DNA of 64,000 nucleotides from Macrostomum lignano (Eukaryota), in contig NIVC01002441.1 of assembly GCA_002269645.1 (NCBI GenBank), positions 62,001 to 126,000 on the forward strand. Reading direction: 5' to 3'. The position numbers were made by a program, and so were the translations under genes. Each line of letters opens with the position of its first letter. Position 1 is the first letter of the stretch. Below are positions 1 to 13,510 of the stretch, piece after piece. The notes beneath the pieces were generated by a model that saw nothing but the letters and a program-made list of their open reading frames with translations, was not told the DNA's origin and did not search any database.

Positions 1-438
1 TAAACTCTTGTCTTCTGGCGCTAAATTGAAGCTAAACTCTTGCCTTCTAGCGCTAAATTGAAGCTAAACTCTTGCCTTCTAGCGCTAAATTGAAGCTAAA
101 CTCTTGCCTTCTGGCGCCAAATTGAAGCTAAACTCTTGCCTTCTGGCGCCAAATTGAAGCTAAACTCTTGTCTTCTGGCGCTAACTTGAAACTAAACTCT
201 TGTCTTCTGGCGCTAAATTGAAACTAAACTCTTGTCTTCTGGCGCTAAATTGAAGCTAAACTCTTGCCTTCTGGCGCTAAATTGGCGCTAAACTCTTGCC
301 TTCTGGCGCTAAATTGGCGCTAAACTCTTGCCTTCTGGCGCTAAATTTGCGCTAAACTCTTGCCTTCTGGCGCTAAATTGGCGCTAAACTCTTGCCTTCT
401 GGCGCTAAATTGGCGCTAAACTCTTGCCTTCTGGCGCT
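1..438. repeat. 32-bp minisatellite (TAAACTCTTGCCTTCTGGCGCTAAATTGAAGC), truncated by window start
   Basis: Unit recurs at 1, 33, 65...; about 13 copies with a switch from GAAGC to GGCGC variants. Confidence 0.95.
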
Positions 439-1135
439 AGAAACTAGAACTGCCTTGTCCCTCTGGCAATTTTTTTTCTTAGTTATGTTATAATAAGGAC
501 ACTAACTATGGATGCTGCGACTCTGGCTTGTGACCCCTCTGCCACCACGGATGAATAATAGCCTGGCTAAGCCACTGTCCTAATCAATTACGTTGTGAAT
601 GGATTTGTATTGTAGATACGTCAACAGAAGCAATGTGTGCACTTGAGTGCTGGCATAACATGTAGCATAGCATAACATTAACAACACACACGAGCTAGAT
701 GAGGTCACAGAAACCTCACAAAGGGGAAATGTGTAGCGCGACAGACACGAGACCGTACATAAAAGTCGGACTGTAGTAGAGAGAAGGGAAAGGGCTAGGC
801 GAGGCGGAAAGGATGTAGATGGGAGGCTGAGAAACCGAAAATAGATGCACGAGAGAGGCTGAGCATGATCTAACAGCCGCATGAATTATTGATCCATATA
901 GCTCTGATACTTAACCCTGTTCCCTGTCCCAGTGTGTCGTCTGCAAGCAAAATTCTGCGGCTTGTGTAGGTCAGCGGGTGCACTTTTGCACGGCTTACAT
1001 GCGCGCACTCATGCATATTGAATTTACTTCGCCTGCCGAACAACCACTCCCATTCTTGCTGATGTAAATCCCGTGCTGCTTCCGTGATCATCTTCAACAT
1101 ACGCATTTGCTGCTATTGGTTCCCGTCTATCTACT

Positions 1136-1985
1136 ATACATCCGATTCCCATCTATCTACATCCGATTCCCGTCTATCTACATCCGATTCCCGTCTATCT
1201 ACATCTGATTCCCATCTATCTACATCTGATTCCCATCTATCTACATCTGATTCCCATCTATCTACATCCGATTCCCGTCTATCTGCATCTGATTCCCATC
1301 TATCTACATCAGATTCCCATCTATCTACATCTGATTCCCATCTATCTACATCCGATTCCCGTCTATCTGCATCTGATTCCCATCTATCTACATCAGATTC
1401 CCATCTATCTACATCAGATTCCCATCTATCTACATCAGATTCCCATCCCATGTATCTAAATCTGATTCTCATGTATCTACATCTGATTCCCATCTATCTA
1501 CATCAGATTCTCATGTATCTAAATCAGATTCTCATGTATCTAAATCAGATTCTCATGTATCTACATCTGATTCCCATCTATCTACATCAGATTCTCATGT
1601 ATCTACATCTGATTCCCATCTATCTACATCAGATTCTCATGTATCTAAATCAGATTCTCATGTATCTACATCTGATTCCCATCTATCTACATCAGATTCT
1701 CATGTATCTAAATCAGATTCTCATGTATCTAAATCAGATTCTCATGTATCTACATCTGATTCCCATCTATCTACATCAGATTCTCATGTATCTAAATCTG
1801 ATTCCCATTTATCTACATCAGATTCCCATGTATCTAAATCTGATTCTCATGTATCTACATCTGATTCCCATCTATCTAAATCTGATTCTCATGTATCTAC
1901 ATCTGATTCCTATCTATCTACTCTGATTCCCATCTATCTACATCCAATTCCCTTCTATCTACAATCTACACAAGATTCCCATCTA
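1136..1985. repeat. 21-bp minisatellite with two variants (TACATCTGATTCCCATCTATC / TACATCAGATTCTCATGTATC)
   Basis: Direct periodicity; explains the 7-aa periodic ORFs at 1084..1926 and 1134..1493. Confidence 0.95.
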
Positions 1986-2723
1986 TTGATATCTACCTAC
2001 CTCACCTTACTAACTACGAGCGTATGAACTACCTGACCTTAATATCTATCTAACTCGCATTCTAAACCTCAGCCTCACATTAAACTATCTGCTTTAAATG
2101 CCTCTCCACCTTACATGCTATACTACACGTGCAGTGCTCTCTCCCCCAATTTGAGCAACCAACACACGCAGGCAAGCAAGCATTACTCTGAGCCCACATC
2201 CCACAGCCGCAGACTCCCCCTCCCGCTGTATTATTTCAGTTAACATTGACTCTCAGTGGTACCAGCTAACACTAACAAACACACGCAGCCGGGTTCCGCA
2301 TGTCCCCCCCCGTCACAGAGCCCGAAGCTGTAGATTTAGGTGGTACGCATATTTGCAGTCATGTCGCAAGCTGCCGCCTGTGCGCTATAAATAAACTAAG
2401 AGAGAGGTAGAGAGAGAGGGAGGGGGGAACTGCAGTGCGCAGCTTAGCAATCTTATACTGGCTAATATTGAAAAATGCATTAATGCATATTTTAACAAGG
2501 ACAATAGAGGCGCGTATGTGGAGTAGCAACCGTTGCTTAGTCCTTGTGGAAAGCTTTTTATGCCTCCTAGTCCTAATATTGATTGATTTCAATATAGCAC
2601 AGGGTAGGTATTAGGCTGCTTGGGGAGAGCAGCAGGGGGAGAGAACAATGACAAGCATTGTCAGAAACAAGAGCACTGAGTATTAAGTAGCCTGTAAAAG
2701 TGCACCAATGTGACACAACTCAC

Positions 2724-4572
2724 AATCAAATCTAGACGACTCCGACTGATCCTGGGGTTCCAATTTAGTCTCTGCTGCGCTGGCCGAGGGGGCCACCTCC
2801 TGCCGTTCCATCTTGATGCGCTTCTTGGCGGGCCCTTGAAACTCTTTGGTCTCCTTGGAAGCAGAAGACACTGATTGCTCCTGCTCAGCCGAGTCAGCGC
2901 TACGGCGTTTGAACGAGCGCTTGGGACTGTACACCTCGGAGGCTGGGGTCTGGTGAAGTGAAGAGTCGGGTGCAGAGCCGAGTTCAAGGGGCTGTTAAGG
3001 CATTATTCTGTAGGCTGCTTGGGCTATTATTCGGGACAATGTTGATGGGCTATTATTTGGAGAAATGTTGATGGCAGATGGGGTATTATTCGGAGCAATG
3101 TTGATGGGCTATTATTCGGAGCAATCTTGCTGGGGAATTATTTGGAGAAATATTAATGGGGTATTATTCGGAGCAATATTAATGGGGTATTATTCGGGAC
3201 AATGTTGATGGGGTATTATTCGGAGCAATGTTGATGGGGTATTATTCGGAGCAATATTAACGGGGTATTATTCGGGACAATATTGATGGGGTATTATTCG
3301 GGACAATATAGGGATTTATATTGATAAGTCAGATGGCTGGGTTACAATAGAACCGAGTGCAACGGTCCCAGGAAATTATAAATACAAACTTCACTCAAAT
3401 TGAGCGCATGGAAGTGTGATGAGCACCTAAGCGAAATAATAATCACTAAGGAAACTGACTAAACTTGTGCGCCATAAGCTCTGCACCTGGGACGCATATA
3501 CAAAGGATCTTCCTTTACCCTGAACAGTTTCAGGCATTGACTCAATAGTTGTTTCTGAGCATAGCAGAGCAACTATGCGTGCTATTTGTGCTTAAAATAA
3601 CTGCCTCAAGAACTGATTGTGCGCGTTTATTTTCAATTTTTTTTCTCACAAAATGCCGCTTGGCGCCTTGGGGAATGGAAGCAAAAAAATTTAATACTTT
3701 ATCTGTTTTTCTTTACTCTCCTGCTCAATTATCGCATCTGGCTTGGCTCTCTGTTTATAGCCTGTGATTAAAGGAAATTGCTCGAAAATACGGGAGATAA
3801 ACCAATTACATACAGCCAGGGAAGCAGCTGGTGCACTGACAAAAGAATGTGCGGCTGGAATAATCATCTGTTCAATTAGTCTCGTGCAGCTGTGCTGTAA
3901 AACTGCAACAATATTGCTTTTTAAAAACCACGGTTTCTGAGGCTCCTTGTGGGACTAAAAGTAGCTGGTGAACATTAGGGGTAGCTGTGGGGACAGGAGG
4001 GGTAGCTGTGGGGACAGGAGGGGTAGCTGTGGGGACAGGAGGGGTAGCTGTGGGGACAGGAGGGGTAGCTGTGGGGACAGGAGGGGTAGCTGTGGGGACA
4101 GGAGGGGTAGCTGTGGGGACAGGAGGGGTAGCTGTGGGGACAGGAGGGGTAGCTGTGGGGACAGGAGGGGTAGCTGTGGGGACAGTAGGGGTAGCTGTGG
4201 GGACAGTAAGGGTAGCTGTGGGGAACGGAGGGGTAGCTGTGGGGACAGGAGGGGTAGCTGTGAGGACAGGAGGGGTAGCTGTGGGGACAGGAGGGGTAGC
4301 TGTGGGGACAGGAGGGGTAGCTGTGGGGACAGGAGGGGTAGCTGTGGGGACAGGAGGGGTAGCTGTGGGGACAGGAGGGGTAGCTGTGGGGACAGGAGGG
4401 GTAGCTGTGGGGACAGGAGGGGTAGCTGTGAGGACAGGAGGGGTAGCTGTGGGGACAGGAGGGGTAGCTGGGTGGACAGGAGGGGTAGCTGGGTGGACAG
4501 GAGGGGTAGCTGTGAGGACAAGAGGGGTAGCTGGTGGACAGTGCAGTAGGCAGTAAACTCACCCCTTTCATC

Positions 4573-4646
<74 letters not shown>

Positions 4647-5660
4647 ACGCTGCTCCTCCTGCTGCATCCGTCTGAGCCAAGCCTTCTTCAGTCCCACAGC
4701 CGGAGTAGCAGCAACGGAACCCGCAGTGGCGGGAGCGGACGGCGGCGGACTGCCAGACGGTCCGGGCGTCCCAACGCTGGCGATTGACCCAGTCGGAGAA
4801 GATGTCGAATTGCTAGGTGTAGAATTCTGCTGAGTTTTTTGCTGGAGCTGTGGCTGGGGCTGGGGCTGGGGCGGCTGCTGCTGCTGCTGCTGTTGTTGTT
4901 GTTGTTGTTGTTGTTGCTGCTGTTGCTGTTGCTGTTGCTCCTGCTTTTGCTTCTGCTGCTGCTGCAACTGCTGTTGCTGCAGCTGCTGCTGTTTCTGAGG
5001 CTGATGCTGCTGTTGTTGTGGAGGCGGTTGCGGTAGCGGCGGTGGCGGCGGCGGCGGTGGCGGCTGTTGAATGACAGGCGGTTGCCGAGGCAGCGGCGGA
5101 GTGGCTCCAGCAGCGGGCAAAGAGTTCGGCGTGGCTGGATTAATCGGCCGAGCTTCCTGCGTGAAGGAGGCCGCTCTGCTGCGCGACCGTTGCTGATGGT
5201 GATAGGATAGAGGCGGGAGCGGCGGCGGCGGCAGTGGCGGAGGCAGCGGCTGGGGCTGCTGATGCTGACTACTGCGAGGCATGGGAGCGTGTGGGGCGTG
5301 CGGCTGCGGGATCAGGTGACGGCGCAATGGAGCGGCTGCGGCGGCTGCAGCGGCGGCAGCAGAATTGATCCCGCCAATCGATGACATCTGCTGCTGTTGT
5401 TGCTGGGGCTGGGGCTGCTGCTGCTGCTGTTGCTGGCGTTGAAGCTGTTGATGAGCCTGATAGTGCAGCAGGCTGTGCTGGTGCTGCCTGTTCATCTTGT
5501 CGATGCTGAGCTGGAAATGCTGCTCAACTAAGTCGCTGGTTTGATCAGCCACCGCCGCCGCCGCCGCCGCTGCTGACGTTGCTGGCGTCAATGGCGGCGG
5601 GGGAGGCGGCGGGGGAGGCGGCTGCTGCTGTGTCGGTACAGGCAGTGGCACTTGGCTAGA

Positions 5661-5691
<31 letters not shown>

Positions 5692-8575
5692 GCAGCGGCG
5701 GCGACTGCTGCGGAGGGTCCACTGTTGCCGCTGCCGCGTGGCGGCGTCTTGCGGCTGCTGCTGCTGCTGCTGCGAGGCTTCGCATCATCGTGCCTGTACA
5801 TCCTGGTGAATTGAGGATGTGGGCAATTCTTATTCAAACATAAGAAGTTAGAATTAGCCATGACAACCCAAAACTGTCTTGGTCATGTCACAGAAGTATA
5901 CCATACTATGGATATGGACAGATAAATATGAATATGAATAGCTATTGGTAATAAGTGAAGCGAATTGGGGATACTAATCGCTTCCGTTTCTCGGGGATTT
6001 ATCACCCTTCTCTCTGTGGTTTTATATTTGATTCGTTATTTTAGTCTCAGTGTCGTAAAACTACTCGCATATATTAGCGCCTCCCAGTTGTGGAAATAGC
6101 TCGTAGTCTAGAAAAGCAGACAAGCGAAGCCATAATGCTGTTGAAGTGAAATCGGGCTCTCGGACAGAAGACGGTGATAAATCATTAGACGGACGGGAGG
6201 AAAGGAAGTGGACAGCTTGGAGCGGTCAAGGCGTCTTGTCCAGATCCAACCCATGTAATGTCACTGCGCAGATGACAAATTTGCGATAATGTTTTGAATA
6301 TTCGTTATCTTTCATTTCGTATTCATAGTAATAGTAAAGCGGTAGGAAATGGTTAGTTAGCATTTGTCCTTCATTGCTATTTAAGAGTGCGCGCGCGAGC
6401 AGCAAAACAAATTTTAAACAGAATATATAAAGTTCCTAACAAACCAACCCTCAACCGGCGCTGTCAAAAGGCCCAACTGAAGACCTGCCGACCGACAAAA
6501 ATCGCTAATAGAACAAAGACCAACTGGAGTAAGGCTCAGACTGCTGGCGCCACAACAATCTAAGCCTCTTTATTTTTACGATCTACTAGCGTATATATGA
6601 TAAATTCTTCTTATATGATAGTATGCAGTAAAATATTGAGAAGATACGCATCAGTTCAATTCATAGCAGATGTGAAGGCAGGCGGGCTTGATAATAATTA
6701 ATAATATATATTTACAAACTCTGCACACAGTGCGCCACGGTTGAACCCCCCAAGGGTACAAGCAATAAAACTTTAGACCCAACCGGGGCATGACTTTGGT
6801 GTTTTTAACTATTTAGTAAGTTGTGCGTCAAAGCGGAAAGCACGAGAGACGAGAGGCACACGAGGCCTGCGAGGGAGAGAGAGAGAAGGGGCAATCTAAA
6901 GGCCTGGCGGCACAAGGAAGGTCGGAATGCAATGTATGTGCAATGTTCAACCGTGTACACACAAGTCCGCTCACTTGAGTTTATCTTAACCTATTATTAT
7001 ACGGACTAGATAATATATTCGTTCAACTTTTATTAAATCGTCAATCAAATTTAAACTTAAAAGGTTGCAACAAATTCCAGCGTTTTGAGAGCTAGTTTAG
7101 ATAAAAGGAGGGGGGAGCTGGGAGAGGAATCTAGAGCAGCGATGCACTTAAAGTTCAAGCGTGCGCGTTAGCTTAAGAAATTGAAAAACACCGCCGGGCG
7201 CCGCTTATGTTATACACGAGCTATTATTAGTGTAGCTTAAATAATTGGATTTGATAAGCTCTTTCCCACCATTGGCTTGACTTGCGGGCCCATACAACTT
7301 ATTACTTAGATAAGCGAACAGCCCCAGATTCACTAGCCTCACTCCCGCCTGTAAATTTCACCAAGCCGAAGATTTTTTAATAGATTAGCCTATTCTGCGC
7401 AGTTCTCGCTGCCAAAAATTAAACTTTGACCTTTCCCCAAGTGCAGTTTAGCCTATTATTTAGCCTATACCCCAGGGCCCAAGGCAGGCAAGAGTATTCT
7501 AATTATCAGAAGCTATAAAATATTTCATTAAATTGAAGTCACCTTTATGGCTTTATTTGTTTGTTGATAAACGCAGTCGCACGTTCATTATGAAATAAAT
7601 AATTAATTAACTCCATGTGTACGTTCGATTGGATGGAAATTTTACTAAAAAACAGCTTACGTGCAAGTACACGTAAACACATAATATGTGGACATTATTG
7701 GAGGAGTGGAGGACCAAAAGCATTAAAAGGACAAAGTGTTGGTTAAAAGGCTGGCTGGGTCTAGCCTAGGCTAGGAGTATAGCATTCCCTCATTCAAGGT
7801 AAATGTTCAGGCCTCAGAGCAGAGCAGTATAAAAAAGTCGCACTCACCGTTCCATTTGGCTCTGATTTCTGCACAATTCATCCTGATACTGCAGCAGCAT
7901 CCAGAAGGGCGGCGGAGGCACATCCGGATGCATGTGCTCCCACATTGATTTCAAATTGCTGTAGTGCGGCTCTTTGGCCGCCGCTGCTGCCGCCGCTGCC
8001 GCCGCCTGCGGAAATGCGGCAGCCTGCTGCATTACCTGGCACATCTGAGCATGCGCCTGCATTCGCTGGTACTCTTGCTGCAGTCTTTGTTGATGCATCT
8101 GTTGTTGCTGCTGTTGAGCCTGTTGTTGCTGTTGTTGTTGCTGTTGTTGAAGTGCCAGTAGATGCGCGTGGTGCTGTTGATATAACAGCATCTGCTCAGC
8201 GTCCGCTTTGCTCATTGACGCCAATGACCCTCCTGAAGTTGTCGCTGGATACTTCGGAATGGCGTGACCATTTCCGCCGTATATTGAACTTATTAAATAG
8301 TTTTTCTCACTAGATGGTAGACTCTGCTGTTGCCGCTGATGATGATGGCTGCTGCGGCTGTGCTGATGCTGTTGCTGCTGCTGGTGCTGCTGCTGGTGCT
8401 GCTGCAACTGCTGCTGCTGCAACTGCTGCTGCTGATACTGCTGATGATGCTGAGCTAGTTGAGCTGCAGCTGCAGCGGCCGCCGCAGCTGCAGCAGCCTG
8501 GCTATGATTCTGCTGCTGTGCCATCAGCGAGGCTTGCGAAGCACCACTGCTGCTGCTCATTAGCTTCTTGTGCAT
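2724..8575 (-). CDS. Spliced gene, low-complexity Gln/Pro/Ala/His-rich protein, likely nuclear; exons 8575-7848, 5802-4563, 2991-2724; 3' end unresolved. Weak resemblance to the N-terminal region of KDM3/JMJD1-type proteins
   Basis: Donor CG|GTGAGT (7848) joins acceptor CACCAG|G (5802) in phase 2. Donor GGG|GTGAGT (4563) joins TTAACAG|CCC (2991) in phase 0. Donor T|GTGAGT at 2724. Frame stays open across all three exons. Contains LKKAWLRR and basic patches (KRSFKRR, PAKKRIK). Confidence 0.8.
3020..3310. repeat. ~26-bp intronic minisatellite (GGGTATTATTCGGAGCAATRTTRATG)
   Basis: About 10 degenerate copies next to the acceptor of exon 2991-2724. Confidence 0.85.
3977..4535. repeat. 21-bp G-rich intronic minisatellite (GGGGTAGCTGTGGGGACAGGA)
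   Basis: About 26 near-identical copies immediately downstream of the donor at 4563. Confidence 0.95.
4575..4646 (-). repeat. Uninterrupted coding (CAG)24 polyglutamine tract
   Basis: 24 perfect CTG on + strand inside exon 5802-4563. Confidence 0.95.
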
Positions 8576-9009
8576 TTCGGGAGCTTTCTACAGGAAGACT
8601 GAATGAGGTAAAATTCAAACAGCCAATATATAGGTGTACAATTATATTGGCTTGGACTGGAGGGTAATCTCGTTCTTTATTAAGACCGAAGTCTGTCTGT
8701 CTGGGTTCTTTTCTGTTAGTCTAAGTGCGTTCCAATTCCGTTCCGACTGAAGTGACACACACAGAGATCGGGTCAGGATGTTCTATTTATATTGGGGGTA
8801 GTGCTGCACTTGCCTTGGTTTTTGAACACGAGAGGCGGGGTGAGACAACTGGGCTTATCTTGCCATATACACAGACGGGGCACGCATTATTATTAAAGCG
8901 AAATTCCAAGTCCAGCCGGTTATACTGAAGGGTATTATTATTATGGCAGCCAACCCCCGGGCGGCCAACCTCATTCCCCGCGAAACCTTTTTAGAGAGTG
9001 CAACGCAGG

Positions 9010-9046
9010 ATTGGCCCGCCAAGGGGGGGCCGGAGTTGGGGCGGGG
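9010..9046. promoter_or_regulatory. Possible CCAAT box (ATTGG 9010-9014) and GC box (GGGGCGGGG 9038-9046) upstream of gene 1
   Basis: Motif match in a GC-rich patch ~450 bp upstream of the ATG; short motifs only. Confidence 0.2.
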
Positions 9047-11569
9047 TTGTGCAACGTGTAACGAAAACGGAGTTGGGGTGGTGGGGCCTGGCTTGGACTG
9101 CAGAGAGGAGGCCAGTGTGGTTTAGTTGGTTGGTTCAGTTATAAAACACTGAAGGAGCAAGGAAGGCCCAATATTTCGGGTCAGATGGGTGCAGTGGCAG
9201 CCTCAGAAAATAGCTCGTAAATTTTGCATACTCTGCTTTAACAAGCCCGTCATTGGCCTCTTCAATTGAATATTGTCTACCTGCCTGCCCGGCTCATCAA
9301 TCATCATGATCCGTCGCCTTTAGCTAGCTAGCAAGCTTAGCTCTTTATCTTCACCTCTTCACAAGCTTGCATCTGTCATTTACCGAGATTGAATTAGAAA
9401 TTTGAAAGCTTCTTGAAGTCACATCTGATTATTACAATTTATTTCTTGTCGTTAATTAATAGAAAATTAATTTCTTTTTGAGAAAACGAATTTCTAAAAT
9501 AATAGCTAAAGCCGACAGACACGGTGGAAAATGTAATTTTAAAAAGTGGATTTTTAATTGCATTAAAATTTACCATTTAAGCCCTTGTATCCAGGATAAC
9601 TAGGATTAGCGGGAAAATCGCCCCTTTTGCGCGCTCATTTTGTAATTAAAATTTGAGTCTCAGTCAGTAGTCACTCACTGCGGACTCACTGCAACTATAC
9701 TGCACCGTGTAACAGAAAGCCTTCTTTTGATTAATTTCCATTTCCAACTAGGGTGGGGCTCAGCAACCAAAAACAAGGTCGCAAGCGCATAAAGCGCACA
9801 AGAAAATCTGCCTAAGCAGCAATAGCGGCACATTGTTCTGTTGTTTGCATTGGCTTTTATTTAGCACAAGTACAGTCAAGCCCAGTGTGACTGCTGGGTG
9901 GAAATCGGAATGCATGCGATAAATATATTACTTTTTGTACTTTGCCCTTCGCTCTTAACATTAACTAAGACTAATAAATGTGACCATTTTATAGGTTGCT
10001 GATAGCTAATAAATAATCAGTATGTTTAAAATTTAACTTGCCTATCTATAAACAAACAAGGCTTATATCCAGATAGAAAATACGGGGTTATTTCACTTTC
10101 TATTTTGTACTGTGTAGCACACACATCAAGCTATGTACACCCAGACAACACAACCGTTGATAAGATAAGGGGCTTGGCTTAGCCTTAGGGCGTTGGGGCT
10201 TGGTTAGAAAGATAATATAGCACTACTGGAATTTGGAGAGTAAAATAGCGTGCTGAACATGTGGGGTGGAACGCGCTGGGGTGCTTCGGAAGGCCTGGCC
10301 TGAACCTCACCAACCCCCCCCCGCCCCAGTGCATACAAAAAGGTCAAAGAATGCCCAAGAATTGCGCAGCTAAGCAAAAAAACTTATGCATGGCAATATT
10401 AGGCATGAAGTGGTGGATAAAAAGTCCTACTTATACAACTGATATGAAAGGTCATTCCACGCTTACCAAAAAGTAAAACAGGCTTTATAGCTGATTCGGA
10501 AAGGCACTGCTGCACTTTAGCAGCTTAATATCTCCTCCCCCATGCTAGGCGCAGCTGCACATCTGACATCTCCGATACCAACAACCGTGGCAAAAGAACA
10601 TGGCGCACTAGCAACAGGAAATAAATTTATAAATTTTCTTTTGCGAAGCAAACAGCTTGGATGGAACATAAAAGGTGAAGGCTGCTAATATTACGTTAAA
10701 ATATTTATAGTACATGCATCAAAATCTGATATTCATAGGCAAAGAGAAAGGGAAAATTATTATCAACGGCTTCGATTTATGAATATTTGTAGAAATTGAT
10801 ACTATTGGATTAGACACGCCTAGAAGCCTCCGTCGGCTTGAGAGAAGTCAAAGTACATTATATATCTTATATGTATACATATAGATAAGCCAGAGATCGA
10901 TGCATCGGAATAAGAGACTTTTATCAGCTGCTAGTTGATTGCAAATCGATCCCAAGGGAATATTTGGTTAGGGGTAGAGCATAGAGGAATGGAATCTGAA
11001 TTTATAAGCATAGAATTAGTCTATCAAATATCCATCCATCAATATACGAGTACTATAGACGCGTGCTCAAGTTTCAGCACTCTTGAAAAGTATATATATA
11101 TATTACGAGCGTGGATGCGACATAAGTTTCTACGTTTCGTACAATTTCGGTAACCCGGATTTATATATTGTAATGTAAACGATATGTACTCGTATACCTT
11201 TCGCATAGCAAGGCAGCGCAGACTTAAAACCAAGAGAGAGGAAGAGAGGGAGATTCTATATTGATAAGAATAATTTGGAGAATAAAAATTCTGAAAAAGT
11301 GTGCATGGGAAGTTGGAAACCGTAACAAAAATATGTTGACTCATATAAAAGTACAAAGCTTCCATTTATTTGAGCTACTCAAATAGTAATGTTATCGGGT
11401 CGGGCGGTTTGCTCAAACTACGAGTACTTTCTGGCGAATGTTGTAGAGAATGCTTTGAAAAATCCTCCAATCTTCACATTCCAAAAGTCCTTCGAAATCG
11501 GTTGGGGGTTCCGAAGAGTGCCTGGCATGCGTAATAAAATTAGAAGCCTAGGGTGGAAAAAGTTAATAA

Positions 11570-12230
11570 AATTTGGGAATGTGAAGAAGCTTGGAGTTGC
11601 AAATAGTACCTGTATAATAAAATCGGGGGAATGTAAAGAAGCTTGGGGGTTGAAAATAGTCCCTGTATAATAAAATCGGGGGAATGTAAAGAAGCTTGGG
11701 GGTTGAAAATAGTCCCTGTATAATAAAATCGGGGGAATGTAAAGAAGCTTGGGGGTTGAAAATAGTCCGTGTAATAAAATCGAGGGAATGTGAAGAAGCT
11801 TGGGGGTTGAAAATAGTCCCTGTGTAATAAAATCGAGGGAATGTGAAGAAGCTTGGGGGTTGAAAATAGTCCCTGTGTAATAAAATCGAGGGAATGTGAA
11901 GAAGCTTGGGGGTTGAAAATAGTCCCTGTGTAATAAAATCGAGGGAATGTGAAGAAGCTTGGGGGTTGAAAATAGTGCCTGTGTAATAAAATCGAGGGAA
12001 TGTGAAGAAGCTTGGGGGTTGAAAATAGTCCCTGTGTAATTAAATCGAGGGAATGTGAAGAAGCTTGGGGGTTGAAAATAGTCCCTGTGTAATAAAATCG
12101 AGGGAATGTGAAGAAGCTTGGGGGTTGAAAATAGTCCCTGTGTAATAAAATCGAGGGAATGTGAAGAACCTTGGGGGTTGAAAATAGTGCCTGCGTAATA
12201 AAACCCGCGGGGGAATGTAAAGTTCGGCAA
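11570..12230. repeat. 53-bp minisatellite (AAAATCGAGGGAATGTGAAGAAGCTTGGGGGTTGAAAATAGTCCCTGTGTAAT)
   Basis: About 12 copies; explains ORF 11418..12230. Confidence 0.95.
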
Positions 12231-13259
12231 TTTAAAAGCTCACATTACATGCACGTGGCTAAGCGTCAAAAAGGAAAAATTCCTCCCAAAGTTATGTAAG
12301 TAGGAAAATTCGACCTCAAAGCTTATCATACAAGGGTGGCTAATTCAAGCAGCTCGAATTATCAGGATGTTAGAATAGCCTGCACGTTGACGACAAGGAC
12401 TACTTAAGTATACGTTACTTTAGTCGTCCTTGGTTGACGACTTGTCTAAGCTCAACCTTGCAATTGTTTCTATAGCATTTGGCGGGCAAAATTGCATGTA
12501 ACATTAGCTGTTCTTTGAGCTTGCTCACCCCCCCCCCCAGAAGATGGGGAGTGAGGCGTTGGTTTATGCAGTGTTTTCCTTCTTTACCTCCGTATATTGT
12601 TAAAAATAGAATATTATTACGAGCGTACAACACACAATGCCGACTGAGCATCAATGCATGAGGAGAGATTGTGATTATGAGCAGATAATGAAGGAGACTG
12701 CTGCATGCTTCAATGAGAATTTACCTATTCAATCAATGCGTTAATGCAGATTAGCATAACTTCCAATAATAATATTACTAACCATAATATTCCCTTCCAA
12801 TCAATAGAATCTAAGCCATAAAAAACGCACAACAGAGGCCTTTTGATTAATTCTTTATTCTATAGTCACACCAAGAATGGTAAATAATGTATAGAGTAAA
12901 AATTAATATACAATATGGGCATTGAATTCATTGCTCATTGCATGCTGCTATTGTTGTGCAGACGCAATTGCACTGCTTGTTAGATGCCGGGATTCAATAG
13001 GATTTGAGTGCGTTCTCTCGCGCAGTCACATTTTCAACTCGTATTGCTGGGCTATACATTTTATTACTATACATATAGAATGCAATCGGTCCGAAGTGAT
13101 GCGGGAAATGCCCTCCCTGGGTGCAAATCAATCAACGACTGGATGAGAGTGAGGGGAATGCAGTTGAATTGAGATGAGAGAACACACAGATTTGAGGGCA
13201 TAAAACTGCGAAGGGAAGATAGGCGTCACGTCACAGCTGGTAGGAAAATCCGGGGCATT

Positions 13260-13510
13260 AGAAACAGAGGGAGGGACAGGGAGAGAGGGAGAAAGGAGTA
13301 GAAGGAGAGAGAGATGGGGAGATTGGGAGAGATGGAGAGGTGGGGAAGAGAGAGGGAGAGGGATAGAAGGAGAGAGGGAGAGAGGGGGAGAGAGAAGGAG
13401 GGAGGGATAGAAGGAGAGAGGGAGAGAGGGGGAGAGAGAAAGTAGAGCATAAGAAATATAGGGGAGGGAGACTTCGGGATGAAAGAGAAGATGAATGGAG
13501 GAAGCAAGAG
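13260..13510. repeat. GA-rich polypurine low-complexity tract
   Basis: Almost purely G/A for ~250 bp. Confidence 0.85.

Noticed and set aside
1024-1109. Possible terminal exon of gene 1 (SNAYVEDDHGSSTGFTSARMGVVVRQAK*), phase-compatible with the 2724 donor
   Set aside because: Acceptor lacks a polypyrimidine tract; not enough support to include in the model
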